This document shows positions 1-8,641 of a DNA stretch of 12,802 nucleotides, piece by piece; the first letter of the stretch is position 1, and each line of letters opens with the position of its first letter. Below the pieces are notes generated by a model that was not told where the DNA came from, did not search any database, and saw nothing but the letters and a program-made list of their open reading frames with translations. Position numbers and translations under genes: made by a program. Source of the stretch: Prasinococcaceae sp. CCMP 1430 (lineage: Eukaryota > Plantae > Prasinodermophyta); the NCBI GenBank assembly GCA_013416795.1, contig RQSC01001371.1, positions 69,951 to 82,752 of the forward strand. The letters are read 5' to 3'.

Positions 1-182
1 GCGCGCGTGTGCCCGGGGGGGGGGGAAGGGGGGGAAGGAGAGGGGGAAGAGAGGGGGACGAGAGGGACAGACAGACGCATAGAGAGGCAGGTCGGGAGGA
101 GGAGCAGGGGGAAGGCAGGGGTGAGGAGGAGCCACGAGCCACGAGCAGTGCCAGCGCGAGCAAGCACGCACGCACGCACGCG

Positions 183-2036
183 ATGGGGTGGCTCAAAGCG
201 ATCAGGCGCGCGCGCGGCAGCCCCAGGGGCGCCGACCTCTCGCGGCGCGCGCGCGCGCAGGAGCGCGCGCAGCACGGCGTGCGCGTGGATCGGGGGGCGC
301 CGGACGTGCCTCGCGACGACGCGCCTGGATCAGCGGCGCAGCGCGGCGACGAAGGAGCGCGTGGCGGGTACGCCTCCAGCCAGGGGCACGAGGCGCCAGG
401 GGGGGGCGCGACCGATGGCCCCCGCGCACGCGATGCTGTCGCCGCCCAAACAAAAACCGAGGCCGTCGTGTACGTGCGCGTGGGCACGCGTGACCGCACG
501 CTGCACCGCGTCGCGCAGGTCAGCCTGTGCCGCGACTGGACGGCCGCCGACCAGCGTGCGTACGACGCGTGGCGGCAGAGCGACGTCGACGGCCACGAGG
601 GCGGAGGCGGAGCCGACGGTCCCGACGGCGACCGTGCGCGGCGCGCGGTGCCGCCCGCAACGGCTGCTTCGTCGTCGAGCCCTGACGATGCTGCGACTGT
701 CGCCCCCGACGCCGCTGCGCCGCGCGCGTCCTCCGCAGCGGTGCCCGCTGCGGCTGCCGCAGGGGCGGGGCGCTCGCAGGAGCTGGCGCCGCTCGCGCGC
801 GCGCACGTGCTGCCGCCACCACCCGCGGCGCCCAGCGAGGTGGATGGCATCAGTGGGGGGCTCGAGCGACAGAGACGGCGTGCGCAGGAGAAGAGCGCAC
901 GCCGGCAGCCGTCGCCGCCGCCGCCGCCGAGCGCCGGCGACGACGGCGCGGATGCCAGCGGCGGCGGCGGCGCCGCAACCAAAATCGGGCAGCTGCGCAG
1001 CGCGATGTCGGTGGATCCCTTCCACTCGCCGCCGAAGCCCAAGCCCCCGCGCGTGCGCATTCCCAGCGCCTCCGAGGTTCGATGGGGCAACGCGCTCTTC
1101 GAGTGCATGGACGATCCCTTTCCGACGCCAGGCAGCGCCGCGGCAGCGGAGGCTCTCGCGGGGCAGCGCGGCCCGCACGCGCGTGCGCGGGGCGGCCGCG
1201 ACAGCGTCAACGGCGCGCACGAGCCTGGTGGTGAGGACGCCGGCGGCGCCTGGCAGACGATCTGCTCGCCTTCGTACGAGCTGACGGACGCCGAGGCCGA
1301 GGGCGTCCCCATGGCTCTCCAGGACGACGCAGAGGGCGGCGCGGACACGGGCGCGAGCGAGCGCCCGGGCATGCGAGCTTCTAGGAGCCCCGCGCGGTCG
1401 CTGTGGCCGGCGGGAGGAGACGTTCCGAGCGACGGGGAGGGCGCGCGCGATGCGAGCAAGGACGCGCGTGCTGATGAGCCCGAGCTGGAGGGCGCCTTCT
1501 ACGACTGCAGCGAGAGCCTGCCGCAGGAGGGCGCCGAGGACGGCGCTGACGCTTCGCGCGCGGTCGGAGCACCCGTGCCGGAGCCGTCCAGGGGAGAGCT
1601 GCTCTCGCAATCGAACGGCGCCCTCGCATCCGCTGCGTCCGTGGTCAGTTCCGACCCCTCGGGCGCCGTTGAGTCGCCCGAGTCGCGGACGCTCTCAGTG
1701 AGCGTCGGCGCGAGCGAGCACTCCGCGGGCGCATCCTCGGTGACGGTGTCCACCCAGACGCTCGACGAGGACGCCACGCGTGCGTATGTGGACGAAGTGG
1801 ACGAGCGCCGCGCCGAGGCCGCGCGCGCGCGGGCGGAGGCGGATGCCCTGCGCGAGCTCTTACGTCAGGAAATGCGGCGGCGCATCTGGCACGCGCGGGC
1901 GCGCGTGCACCGCCTGTGGGACGCGGTGCTCGTGCGCGAGTCGCAGGAGCGCGCCGCGGCCAGCCGGGTGAGCGACGAGAGCGGCGGCACGGACGTGCCG
2001 CGCGGGGCCGGGAGCGCGGCCGAGGTACACGTGTAA
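183..2036 (+). CDS. Hypothetical, largely disordered Ala/Pro/Glu/Ser-rich protein (~617 aa) with a C-terminal predicted coiled coil
   Basis: The 9..2036 ORF opens on GTG in a purine-rich, UTR-like tract; the first ATG is at 183 (MGWLKAIRR...). The frame is open to TAA at 2034-2036. It has ordered-looking islands (AVVYVRVGTRDRTLHRVAQVSLCRDW; EVRWGNALFECMDDPF) and a C-terminal helical stretch (ERRAEAARARAEADALRELLRQEMRRRIW). No family recognised. Confidence 0.7.
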   Translation: MGWLKAIRRARGSPRGADLSRRARAQERAQHGVRVDRGAPDVPRDDAPGSAAQRGDEGARGGYASSQGHEAPGGGATDGPRARDAVAAQTKTEAVVYVRVGTRDRTLHRVAQVSLCRDWTAADQRAYDAWRQSDVDGHEGGGGADGPDGDRARRAVPPATAASSSSPDDAATVAPDAAAPRASSAAVPAAAAAGAGRSQELAPLARAHVLPPPPAAPSEVDGISGGLERQRRRAQEKSARRQPSPPPPPSAGDDGADASGGGGAATKIGQLRSAMSVDPFHSPPKPKPPRVRIPSASEVRWGNALFECMDDPFPTPGSAAAAEALAGQRGPHARARGGRDSVNGAHEPGGEDAGGAWQTICSPSYELTDAEAEGVPMALQDDAEGGADTGASERPGMRASRSPARSLWPAGGDVPSDGEGARDASKDARADEPELEGAFYDCSESLPQEGAEDGADASRAVGAPVPEPSRGELLSQSNGALASAASVVSSDPSGAVESPESRTLSVSVGASEHSAGASSVTVSTQTLDEDATRAYVDEVDERRAEAARARAEADALRELLRQEMRRRIWHARARVHRLWDAVLVRESQERAAASRVSDESGGTDVPRGAGSAAEVHV

Positions 2037-2090
2037 AGTTGCGCCATTATGCTCCGTGGCCCCTCCCGTGTCCTGTCGCCCATCGCGCGT

Positions 2091-2146
2091 CCCCCCCCCC
2101 CCCCCCCCCCCCCCCCACACACACACACGCGCGCGCGCGCGCACAC
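2091..2146. repeat. Compound simple repeat: C26, then (AC)6, then (GC)7
   Basis: Read directly: C run 2091-2116, AC repeat 2117-2128, GC repeat 2129-2142, in the 171-bp gap between two convergent stop codons. Confidence 0.95.
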
Positions 2147-2207
2147 CCTAGGACACGAGCTCGGCACGCGCGCAGGTGCCCGCCTCGCTGCTCTCATGCA
2201 CGCCCGC

Positions 2208-3799
2208 TCACTCGCTGGCCCGCGTGGCTGCGAGCGCCGCGAGAGCCCCCTTGGGGATCGCCTGCGTGACGCCGTCGACGTCCTCGTCGATGGCGGCAGC
2301 GGTCTTGCCCAACAGCCGCCGCCTGCTCCTGCGCCTGCCCTGCTGGCCGTCGTCCTTGCCCGGTGCCACGTTCTCCTCCTCCGCGGCGGCCTCCGGCTCA
2401 GCGCGCTCGTCCTCGGCGGCATCAATCGCGGCAGCCGGGGCGCCTTCGACGCCAGCGGGCAAATGCGTGGCCAGGTTGCGCAGGGGCGACGTCTGCTCGT
2501 CGGACTCCTCCTGTTTGCGGCCGCGGCCGCGGCTGCGGCTGCGGCTGCGCGAACGCCGCTCAGATATCCTCCGAGACGACCTCCTCCCGCGCGTCACGAC
2601 CACGACGTCCTCCTCCTCCTCCTCCTTCTCGTCCTTCGGGGCAGCTTCCTCGGCATCCGAGTCCGCGACCTCAGACTCGCCCAGCGGAAGGCTGTGCGCC
2701 AGCAGGGACGGCTCGGCCTCCGCGGCGACGTCGTCCGCGGCGGCGTCAGCGCCCTCGCTTGAGACCGCGGGGCACTCCGCCTCGGCCGCATCTGTCTCTC
2801 CCGCCTCGGCCTCCTCATCGTCGCTCGCCGTCGCCGTGACGGGCATCTGCGCAGGCACCTGCGTGTCCATCTCCACCTCGACCTCGTCAGCCTCTCCAGC
2901 GGCGACGGCCACTGCCTCCTCCGCCATCGCAGCTTCGAGCTCCTCGGCAGCCTCGGCCGCCTCGGCCGCATCCGCCGCCTCGGCGTCCCCAACAACCTTG
3001 GCCTCATTTTCGTCCGCATCGTCAGTGGGCTCGTCGGCGGTGGGCGCCGGCTCCTCCTCCACCATCTCGGCATCGACCTTGGGCGTTTCCGCCTCGGTCT
3101 CTTCGGTCGCGGGACCTTCCTCAGGCCGCTCGAGCTCGGCCTCGTCCGCATCCTCCTGCTCGACCTGCTCGTCCGCGGCGTCGGTGGCGGAAGACAGGCG
3201 CAGGTTGAGGGACGCGGGCTCCGATGCGGGGTCGGAGAGGCGCGCGCGCTTGGGCGGTGACTCGTGGTCGGCGTCGGCCTCGGCAGCCTGCTCATCGGAC
3301 GCTGCGCGCGCGAGGGATTGCGGAGGGGGCGCGAGGTGGGGAACAGCGGCGCCCACCCGCGCGCACGCGCGTGCGAGCGCAAAGGGGCGAACATTCGCGA
3401 GAGGACTCGTCAGGTCCTCGCGCGGCGGCGGCACGGCCTCTGACGCGCGACGCGAGGCGCCCCGTGCTGGCGGGCGGCGCACGCGCCGGGCGCGCGGGGC
3501 GCGTACTCACCCTGTTCCCTGTCTTTGCGCACCGCCGCGGCCTTCTTGGCCTCCTCGAGTGCGTCCTTGGGGATCCGTCCAACGCCCATGACGCCCGCGG
3601 CCGCCCTCTCCGCGGCCTTGCTGCCGCCCCATGTCCCGGCGAGCCTCGCGGCCGCGCGCGCAGCCGTGAGCGGCGACGCGGACGTCTTCGCGTCCCCGTT
3701 GAGCTCCGCGCGCGCGGCCGCGCGCAGCAGCGCGCCCACCGCCGGCGCGTGGCCGTTGTACTCCTCGACCGCCGCCGCCTTCTTCTTCGACCCTCCCAT
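2208..3799 (-). CDS. Hypothetical acidic disordered protein with NLS-like and RS-rich segments; probably 2 exons (3799-3511, 3301-2208; ~460 aa)
   Basis: Exon 1 reads MGGSKKKAAAVEEYNG...RKDREQG from ATG 3799 and ends at a phase-1 donor G|GTGAGT (3511/3510). The phase-compatible acceptor cag|CG at 3302/3301 enters the long Glu/Ala-rich frame (SPPKRARL; RSSRRISERRSRSRSRSRGRGRK) ending in TGA at 2208-2210. A second phase-compatible acceptor exists at 3440/3439. Confidence 0.65.
3302..3510 (-). other. Predicted GT-AG spliceosomal intron (alternative shorter version 3440-3510)
   Basis: Minus strand starts GTGAGTACGC and ends CGCGCGCAG; splicing keeps the frame of both flanking ORFs. Confidence 0.55.
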
Positions 3800-3926
3800 C
3801 GCTGCCGCCCGTCTTTCGGCGCCGACCCCGCTCCCTTCCCCCCCACCCGCTTCGCGCGCGCGCTGTGGCCCGGCGCCGCCCGCACGCGGGGCGCGCGCGC
3901 TCTTTTTCGCGCGCGGTGTGGCGACG

Positions 3927-4683
3927 NNNNNNNNNNNNNNNNNNNNNNNNNNNNNNNNNNNNNNNNNNNNNNNNNNNNNNNNNNNNNNNNNNNNNNNNNN
4001 NNNNNNNNNNNNNNNNNNNNNNNNNNNNNNNNNNNNNNNNNNNNNNNNNNNNNNNNNNNNNNNNNNNNNNNNNNNNNNNNNNNNNNNNNNNNNNNNNNNN
4101 NNNNNNNNNNNNNNNNNNNNNNNNNNNNNNNNNNNNNNNNNNNNNNNNNNNNNNNNNNNNNNNNNNNNNNNNNNNNNNNNNNNNNNNNNNNNNNNNNNNN
4201 NNNNNNNNNNNNNNNNNNNNNNNNNNNNNNNNNNNNNNNNNNNNNNNNNNNNNNNNNNNNNNNNNNNNNNNNNNNNNNNNNNNNNNNNNNNNNNNNNNNN
4301 NNNNNNNNNNNNNNNNNNNNNNNNNNNNNNNNNNNNNNNNNNNNNNNNNNNNNNNNNNNNNNNNNNNNNNNNNNNNNNNNNNNNNNNNNNNNNNNNNNNN
4401 NNNNNNNNNNNNNNNNNNNNNNNNNNNNNNNNNNNNNNNNNNNNNNNNNNNNNNNNNNNNNNNNNNNNNNNNNNNNNNNNNNNNNNNNNNNNNNNNNNNN
4501 NNNNNNNNNNNNNNNNNNNNNNNNNNNNNNNNNNNNNNNNNNNNNNNNNNNNNNNNNNNNNNNNNNNNNNNNNNNNNNNNNNNNNNNNNNNNNNNNNNNN
4601 NNNNNNNNNNNNNNNNNNNNNNNNNNNNNNNNNNNNNNNNNNNNNNNNNNNNNNNNNNNNNNNNNNNNNNNNNNNNNNNNNNN
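3927..4683. other. Assembly gap (757 N)
   Basis: Run of N; ORFs spanning it in the ORF track are not real. Confidence 1.
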
Positions 4684-4820
4684 CGGGCTCGCGCTGCCGC
4701 GCGGCTCGCGCGGCCGGCGTGGGCGCCGCGGTCGTGTGCGGCGCGGGCGTCGCGCCGGAAGACGTCGAGAGCGCCGCGAGCGCGTTCTGTGAGGACGAGG
4801 GCAGCGCCCGGGGATACTGA
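4684..4820 (+). CDS. Possible C-terminal coding fragment of a gene lying mostly in the gap
   Basis: The frame ...AAGVGAAVVCGAGVAPEDVESAASAFCEDEGSARGY* looks protein-like and ends in TGA at 4818-4820. It would be head-to-head with the 3799 gene. No homology recognised. Confidence 0.3.
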
Positions 4821-4970
4821 GGCGCCCTGACGCGCGAGGCCCCCGCGCGAATTCTTTCGATGTGTGTACCATGCTGTCTTTTTCACAGCGGAACAATCCC
4901 TGTCGCGCGGGCCCTCCCCCTTGTGGCGTGCGCGCACGGACGCTCGCTGCTCAGAGCGCACGCGCCGGGT

Positions 4971-5237
4971 CTAATGCGGCGGGGTGGAGTACTTGTTGCG
5001 CTCCTCCTTGACCCTGCGCTTGTATCCCGACGGATCCTTGCGGAGCATGTCGTAGGCGTACTGCTGCGCGGGGTCCAAGTTGTTGGGGGTGTTCAGGAGC
5101 TCCTGCACGCCGATGAGGATCTGTTTGATGGCGATGGCCGGCTTCCACTGGCCGCCAGTCGAGGGGTCGTCGTTGATGATGGACAGGCACACCTTTCCGC
5201 TGGGGTAAATGTTCGGATGGAAGAAGTTTGCGGGGAA
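4971..5237 (-). CDS. UBC9: SUMO-conjugating enzyme E2 (Ubc9/SCE1), 3' exon only
   Basis: Translates FPANFFHPNIYPSGKVCLSII...WKPAIAIKQILIGVQELLNTPNNLDPAQ...Y. It has the E2 HPN motif and catalytic Cys, plus the Ubc9-typical HPNxYPSG, W(R/K)PAIxIKQIL(L/I)G and DPAQ signatures. It is preceded by a branch-like GCTGAC and a CAG acceptor (5238-5240), with an in-frame TGA upstream at 5262-5264. Stop TAG at 4971-4973. Confidence 0.88.
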   Translation of the reverse strand, partial: FPANFFHPNIYPSGKVCLSIINDDPSTGGQWKPAIAIKQILIGVQELLNTPNNLDPAQQYAYDMLRKDPSGYKRRVKEERNKYSTPPH

Positions 5238-5742
5238 CTGCGGCGCCCGAGGGGTCCTTTGTCAGCGGGCGGGCGGTGCGCGCGGGGGCCGGGCGAAGGG
5301 GGGCAGGCGAGCGCGCGGGCGCATCCGCGCGCGCCCTCGGCTCGAGGGAGAGGCCCGCGAGCACCGGCACGGGGCGAGGCGCGCGCGCGCCAGCCATCGC
5401 GCTGCGCACGGGTGCGCACTCAGAGCTCAATGCGAACGATTCGCTGGCTGAGTTTGTCGGGGGGGGCTATGGTATGAGCAAGAGCTTCTGGGCGAACGAC
5501 GAGTCGAGCCCGCTGCTCACGGGCATGCCTGTGCCGTGCCGCGCGGGGGGNCCGAGCGCGTTCCTGCGGGCGCGCCACCGCGCCGTCCGAGGCGCGGGTG
5601 CTCGCCGGCACCCAAGTCCTGGCGCATCTCCACAGCGTGCCCGGTTGCGAGCGGGCTGGCGCCTTCGCCAGGCGGTGAGCGCGACAGATCGTGCGTGCGG
5701 TGTCGCTGGAGATGTCGCTTCACACTTTCCACCGCCGCCGCC

Positions 5743-6095
5743 GCGCAGCGGGTCGCCTCGCCGCGCCTGCCCCCGGGGCGCGCCCCGAAGCCCGCGCGCA
5801 CGCGCTCTTTCGAACCGATGGGCAATTCGATCGGCCATCGCACCCATCGTCACCCCCATCGCGCAGCGGCGGCGGGGAAATCGCGCACCTGCGCGCGCGG
5901 GGCGTTCGGCAGGTTTGGGTCTGGGTGGGCAATACTGCACTGTAGGGTTTATATGGGTCCATACCATACAGGGGCAGTCAGGGCGCGTCGTAGAACTCGC
6001 AGAGCATGAACACTTTCTGCTGACAACATGCGCCCGAGCCCGCGATTGAGGGTACTCGAGCGGTGGGAGGTGTGTTGACTCGGGGGGGCAGCGAA
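5743..6095. repeat. Inter-ANK spacer module, copy A (353 bp, identical to 8289-8641)
   Basis: Base-by-base identity at offset 2546; a diverged third copy lies at 10610-10908. Confidence 0.95.
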
Positions 6096-6155
6096 TTGAA
6101 CGCTAATAAGGCGACCGCGGCGACGAGCTGTAGCTCGCTAGGGCCACAGGGGCAG

Positions 6156-8287
6156 TCAGGGGGCGTCGTAGAACTCGCAGAGCATGAACACTTTCTGCTG
6201 CTTCGGGAGACTCTTCTCCTGGCCTCGCATCGCGAGGTCAAGTGCCGTCTTGCCGGCCTTGGTGCGCGCGTGCGTGTCGGCGCCCCGCTCGAGTAGCAGC
6301 CCAAGGACGTCGATGCGGCCGCGCTGAGCGGCACGATGCAGAGGCGTGTAGCCGTTGTTGTCTGCCTTCTCCTTGTCGGCTCCTGCGTCGAGGAGCAGCT
6401 CCACGCACCTCGCTGGCCGACCGTACCAAACGATATCGTTCCTGATCGCATCAGCCGCGAGGTGCAAAGCCGTGCTGCCGGTGCGATCTGCCTTGTCTTT
6501 GTCGGCGCCCGCCTCGAGCAGCAGACCAAGGCATTCGCCAGCCCTCAAAGAAGCTGCGAGGTGGATGGGCGTGCGGCCATCGCAAGCAGCCTTGTCCTTG
6601 TCGACGCCAGCATCGAGCAGCAGCCGCAGGCATTCTACTGCGCGTTCTGCGAATGTACGAATCATCCAGGGATCGGAAAACGCGAGATGCACAGGCGCGT
6701 TGCCTTCGCCATCTGTCTTGTCCTTGTCCGCGCCCACCTCGAGCAGCAGCTGAAGGGAGCTGGGGTTGCAACACCTAGCTGCGAGATGCAGAGGTGTGCT
6801 GCCGTTATCGTCTACCTTATCTTCTTTCGCGCCCGCCTCGAGCAGCAGCTCAAGGCAGCGTTTCTGGTCCCGCTCAGCTGCGACATGCAGAGGCGTTCTG
6901 CCGTTGCCATCTACTCCCTCGATGTTCGCCCCCGCCTCGAGCAGCAGCTGAAGGCAGCGATGTGAGCCTCGCACAGCTGCGAGATGCAGAGGCGTGCAGC
7001 CGTCGCCGTCTACTTCCTCGATGCTCGCCCCCGCCTCGAGGAGCAGCTGAAGGCAGCGTTTATGGCCCAGCTCAGCTGCGAGATGCAGGGGCGTACTGCC
7101 CCACTGATCTGCCTTGTCTATATTGGCGCCTGCCTCGAGCAGTAGCTGAAGGCATCTGTGATTGGCAGAGACACGCTCACCTGTGCGGCCTGCCCGGCCT
7201 GCATCGCCTTCGTGATACATAGGCGCGGCTGCAAGATGCAGAGGCGTGCTGCCGTCGTCGCTTGGCCTGTCCTTGTCTGCGCCTGCCTCGAGGAGCAGCT
7301 GAAGGCAGCTGTCCTCACACCACGAAGCTGCGAAATGCGCAGGCGTGTCGCCCTCGAAGTCTGGCGCGTCCCTGTTGGCGCCCGCCTCGAGCAGCAGCTG
7401 AAGGCAGCTCCGATTGCCATTACTAGCCGCGTAATGCACACTCGTACTCCCGCCGAGATCTCGCTTCTCTGTGTCGGCGCCCGCCTCCAGCAGCAGGCGA
7501 GCGCAGTCGCAGAGGTTGTTTTGAGCTGTGAGATGCAAAGGCGTGAGGCCGTCTTCCTGTGCTGCATCTGTGTTAGCCCCCGCCTCGAGCAGCAGCTTGA
7601 GGCAGTCGTAATTGCCCCTCGAAGCTGCCGCTCGCAAAAGCGTGCATCCGTTGAAGTCTGCCGCGTCCTGGTCAGCGCCCGCCTCGAGCAGCAGGCCGAG
7701 GCAGGCGGCGTGACCTCGGCTGGCCGCGACGTGCGCCGGAGTCAACCCCCCCTCGTTTGCGTGCACATTCGCACCGGACGAGAGCGCACGACGGAGCGCG
7801 CGCCTGCTGCCGCCGAACGCCGCGTGAAACAGCAACTCGTCCTCGTCCATCTCCTCAACGACGAGTCTGTCTATGGTGGCGTCGCACTCCACGCGCGCCG
7901 CGTCGCGCTCCTCGCACAACGTGCGCACAGCGTCCGCGTTGGCGCCCAGCGCCTGCATGGCGAGCAGCAGCGCGTGGCGCTCGCTCGCTGCCGACGCAGC
8001 GCCGGCGTCGAAGTCGGTCACATCCGTCGCGGGTGCACGGACGAGTGCTCTCGTGGCTGCGCCCGGCGGGTCCCACAGGATGTTGGGGTCTTCCAGCCCG
8101 AACCATTCCCAGAAGTTGCCCCAGTCCCAGCAAGGCTGCTGGGCCTGGCGAGAAAGGTCCTCGGCCCGGTCGAACTCCTCCCGCGCCAGTTGGCGCTCCG
8201 CGCGCGCCCGGCGCACGTCGGCCGCGCTCACGCCCAGAGTTTGCGTCGCCAGCAGCAGCGCCTGGCGCGCGCGCTCGGCCGCCGCGC
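6156..8287 (-). CDS. Ankyrin-repeat protein ANK-A (~15 repeats plus N-terminal helical module); its true start lies separately at 10407-10236
   Basis: Tandem 33-aa G-x-TPLHxAA...CLxLLLEAGA-D/N repeats; TGA at 6156-6158. The annotated ORF start at 8678 falls inside a complemented 55-bp block, and the first ~130 aa are translated spacer sequence. Confidence 0.9.
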
Positions 8288-8288
8288 A

Positions 8289-8641
8289 GCGCAGCGGGTC
8301 GCCTCGCCGCGCCTGCCCCCGGGGCGCGCCCCGAAGCCCGCGCGCACGCGCTCTTTCGAACCGATGGGCAATTCGATCGGCCATCGCACCCATCGTCACC
8401 CCCATCGCGCAGCGGCGGCGGGGAAATCGCGCACCTGCGCGCGCGGGGCGTTCGGCAGGTTTGGGTCTGGGTGGGCAATACTGCACTGTAGGGTTTATAT
8501 GGGTCCATACCATACAGGGGCAGTCAGGGCGCGTCGTAGAACTCGCAGAGCATGAACACTTTCTGCTGACAACATGCGCCCGAGCCCGCGATTGAGGGTA
8601 CTCGAGCGGTGGGAGGTGTGTTGACTCGGGGGGGCAGCGAA
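8289..8641. repeat. Inter-ANK spacer module, copy B
   Basis: Identical to 5743-6095. Confidence 0.95.

Noticed and set aside
2032-2036. Green-algal TGTAA poly(A) signal overlapping the gene 1 stop
   Set aside because: A single 5-mer forced by the TAA codon; not enough to call a signal or a taxon.
7-3591. Many overlapping Arg/Ala/Pro-rich ORFs (e.g. 7-1284, 330-1610, 2176-3591, 2049-2762)
   Set aside because: Expected in very GC-rich DNA with few stop codons; they overlap better-supported frames and have typical off-frame composition.
3224-4961. ORFs spanning the N gap
   Set aside because: Their length comes from N translated as X.
6180-6230. C-terminal F-box/PRANC or SOCS box (SLPKQQKVFMLC)
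   Set aside because: Only an LP dipeptide resembles the consensus, and the tail is far too short for either domain.
7166-7190. GTGAGC...CACAG inside the ANK-A repeat-7 insertion as a mini-intron
   Set aside because: About 25 nt, too short and not a multiple of 3; the frame is open without splicing.
5743-8641. LTR retrotransposon reading of the 353-bp direct repeats flanking ANK-A
   Set aside because: No TG...CA termini, TSD, primer-binding site or gag/pol; the repeats are simply units of the tandem array.
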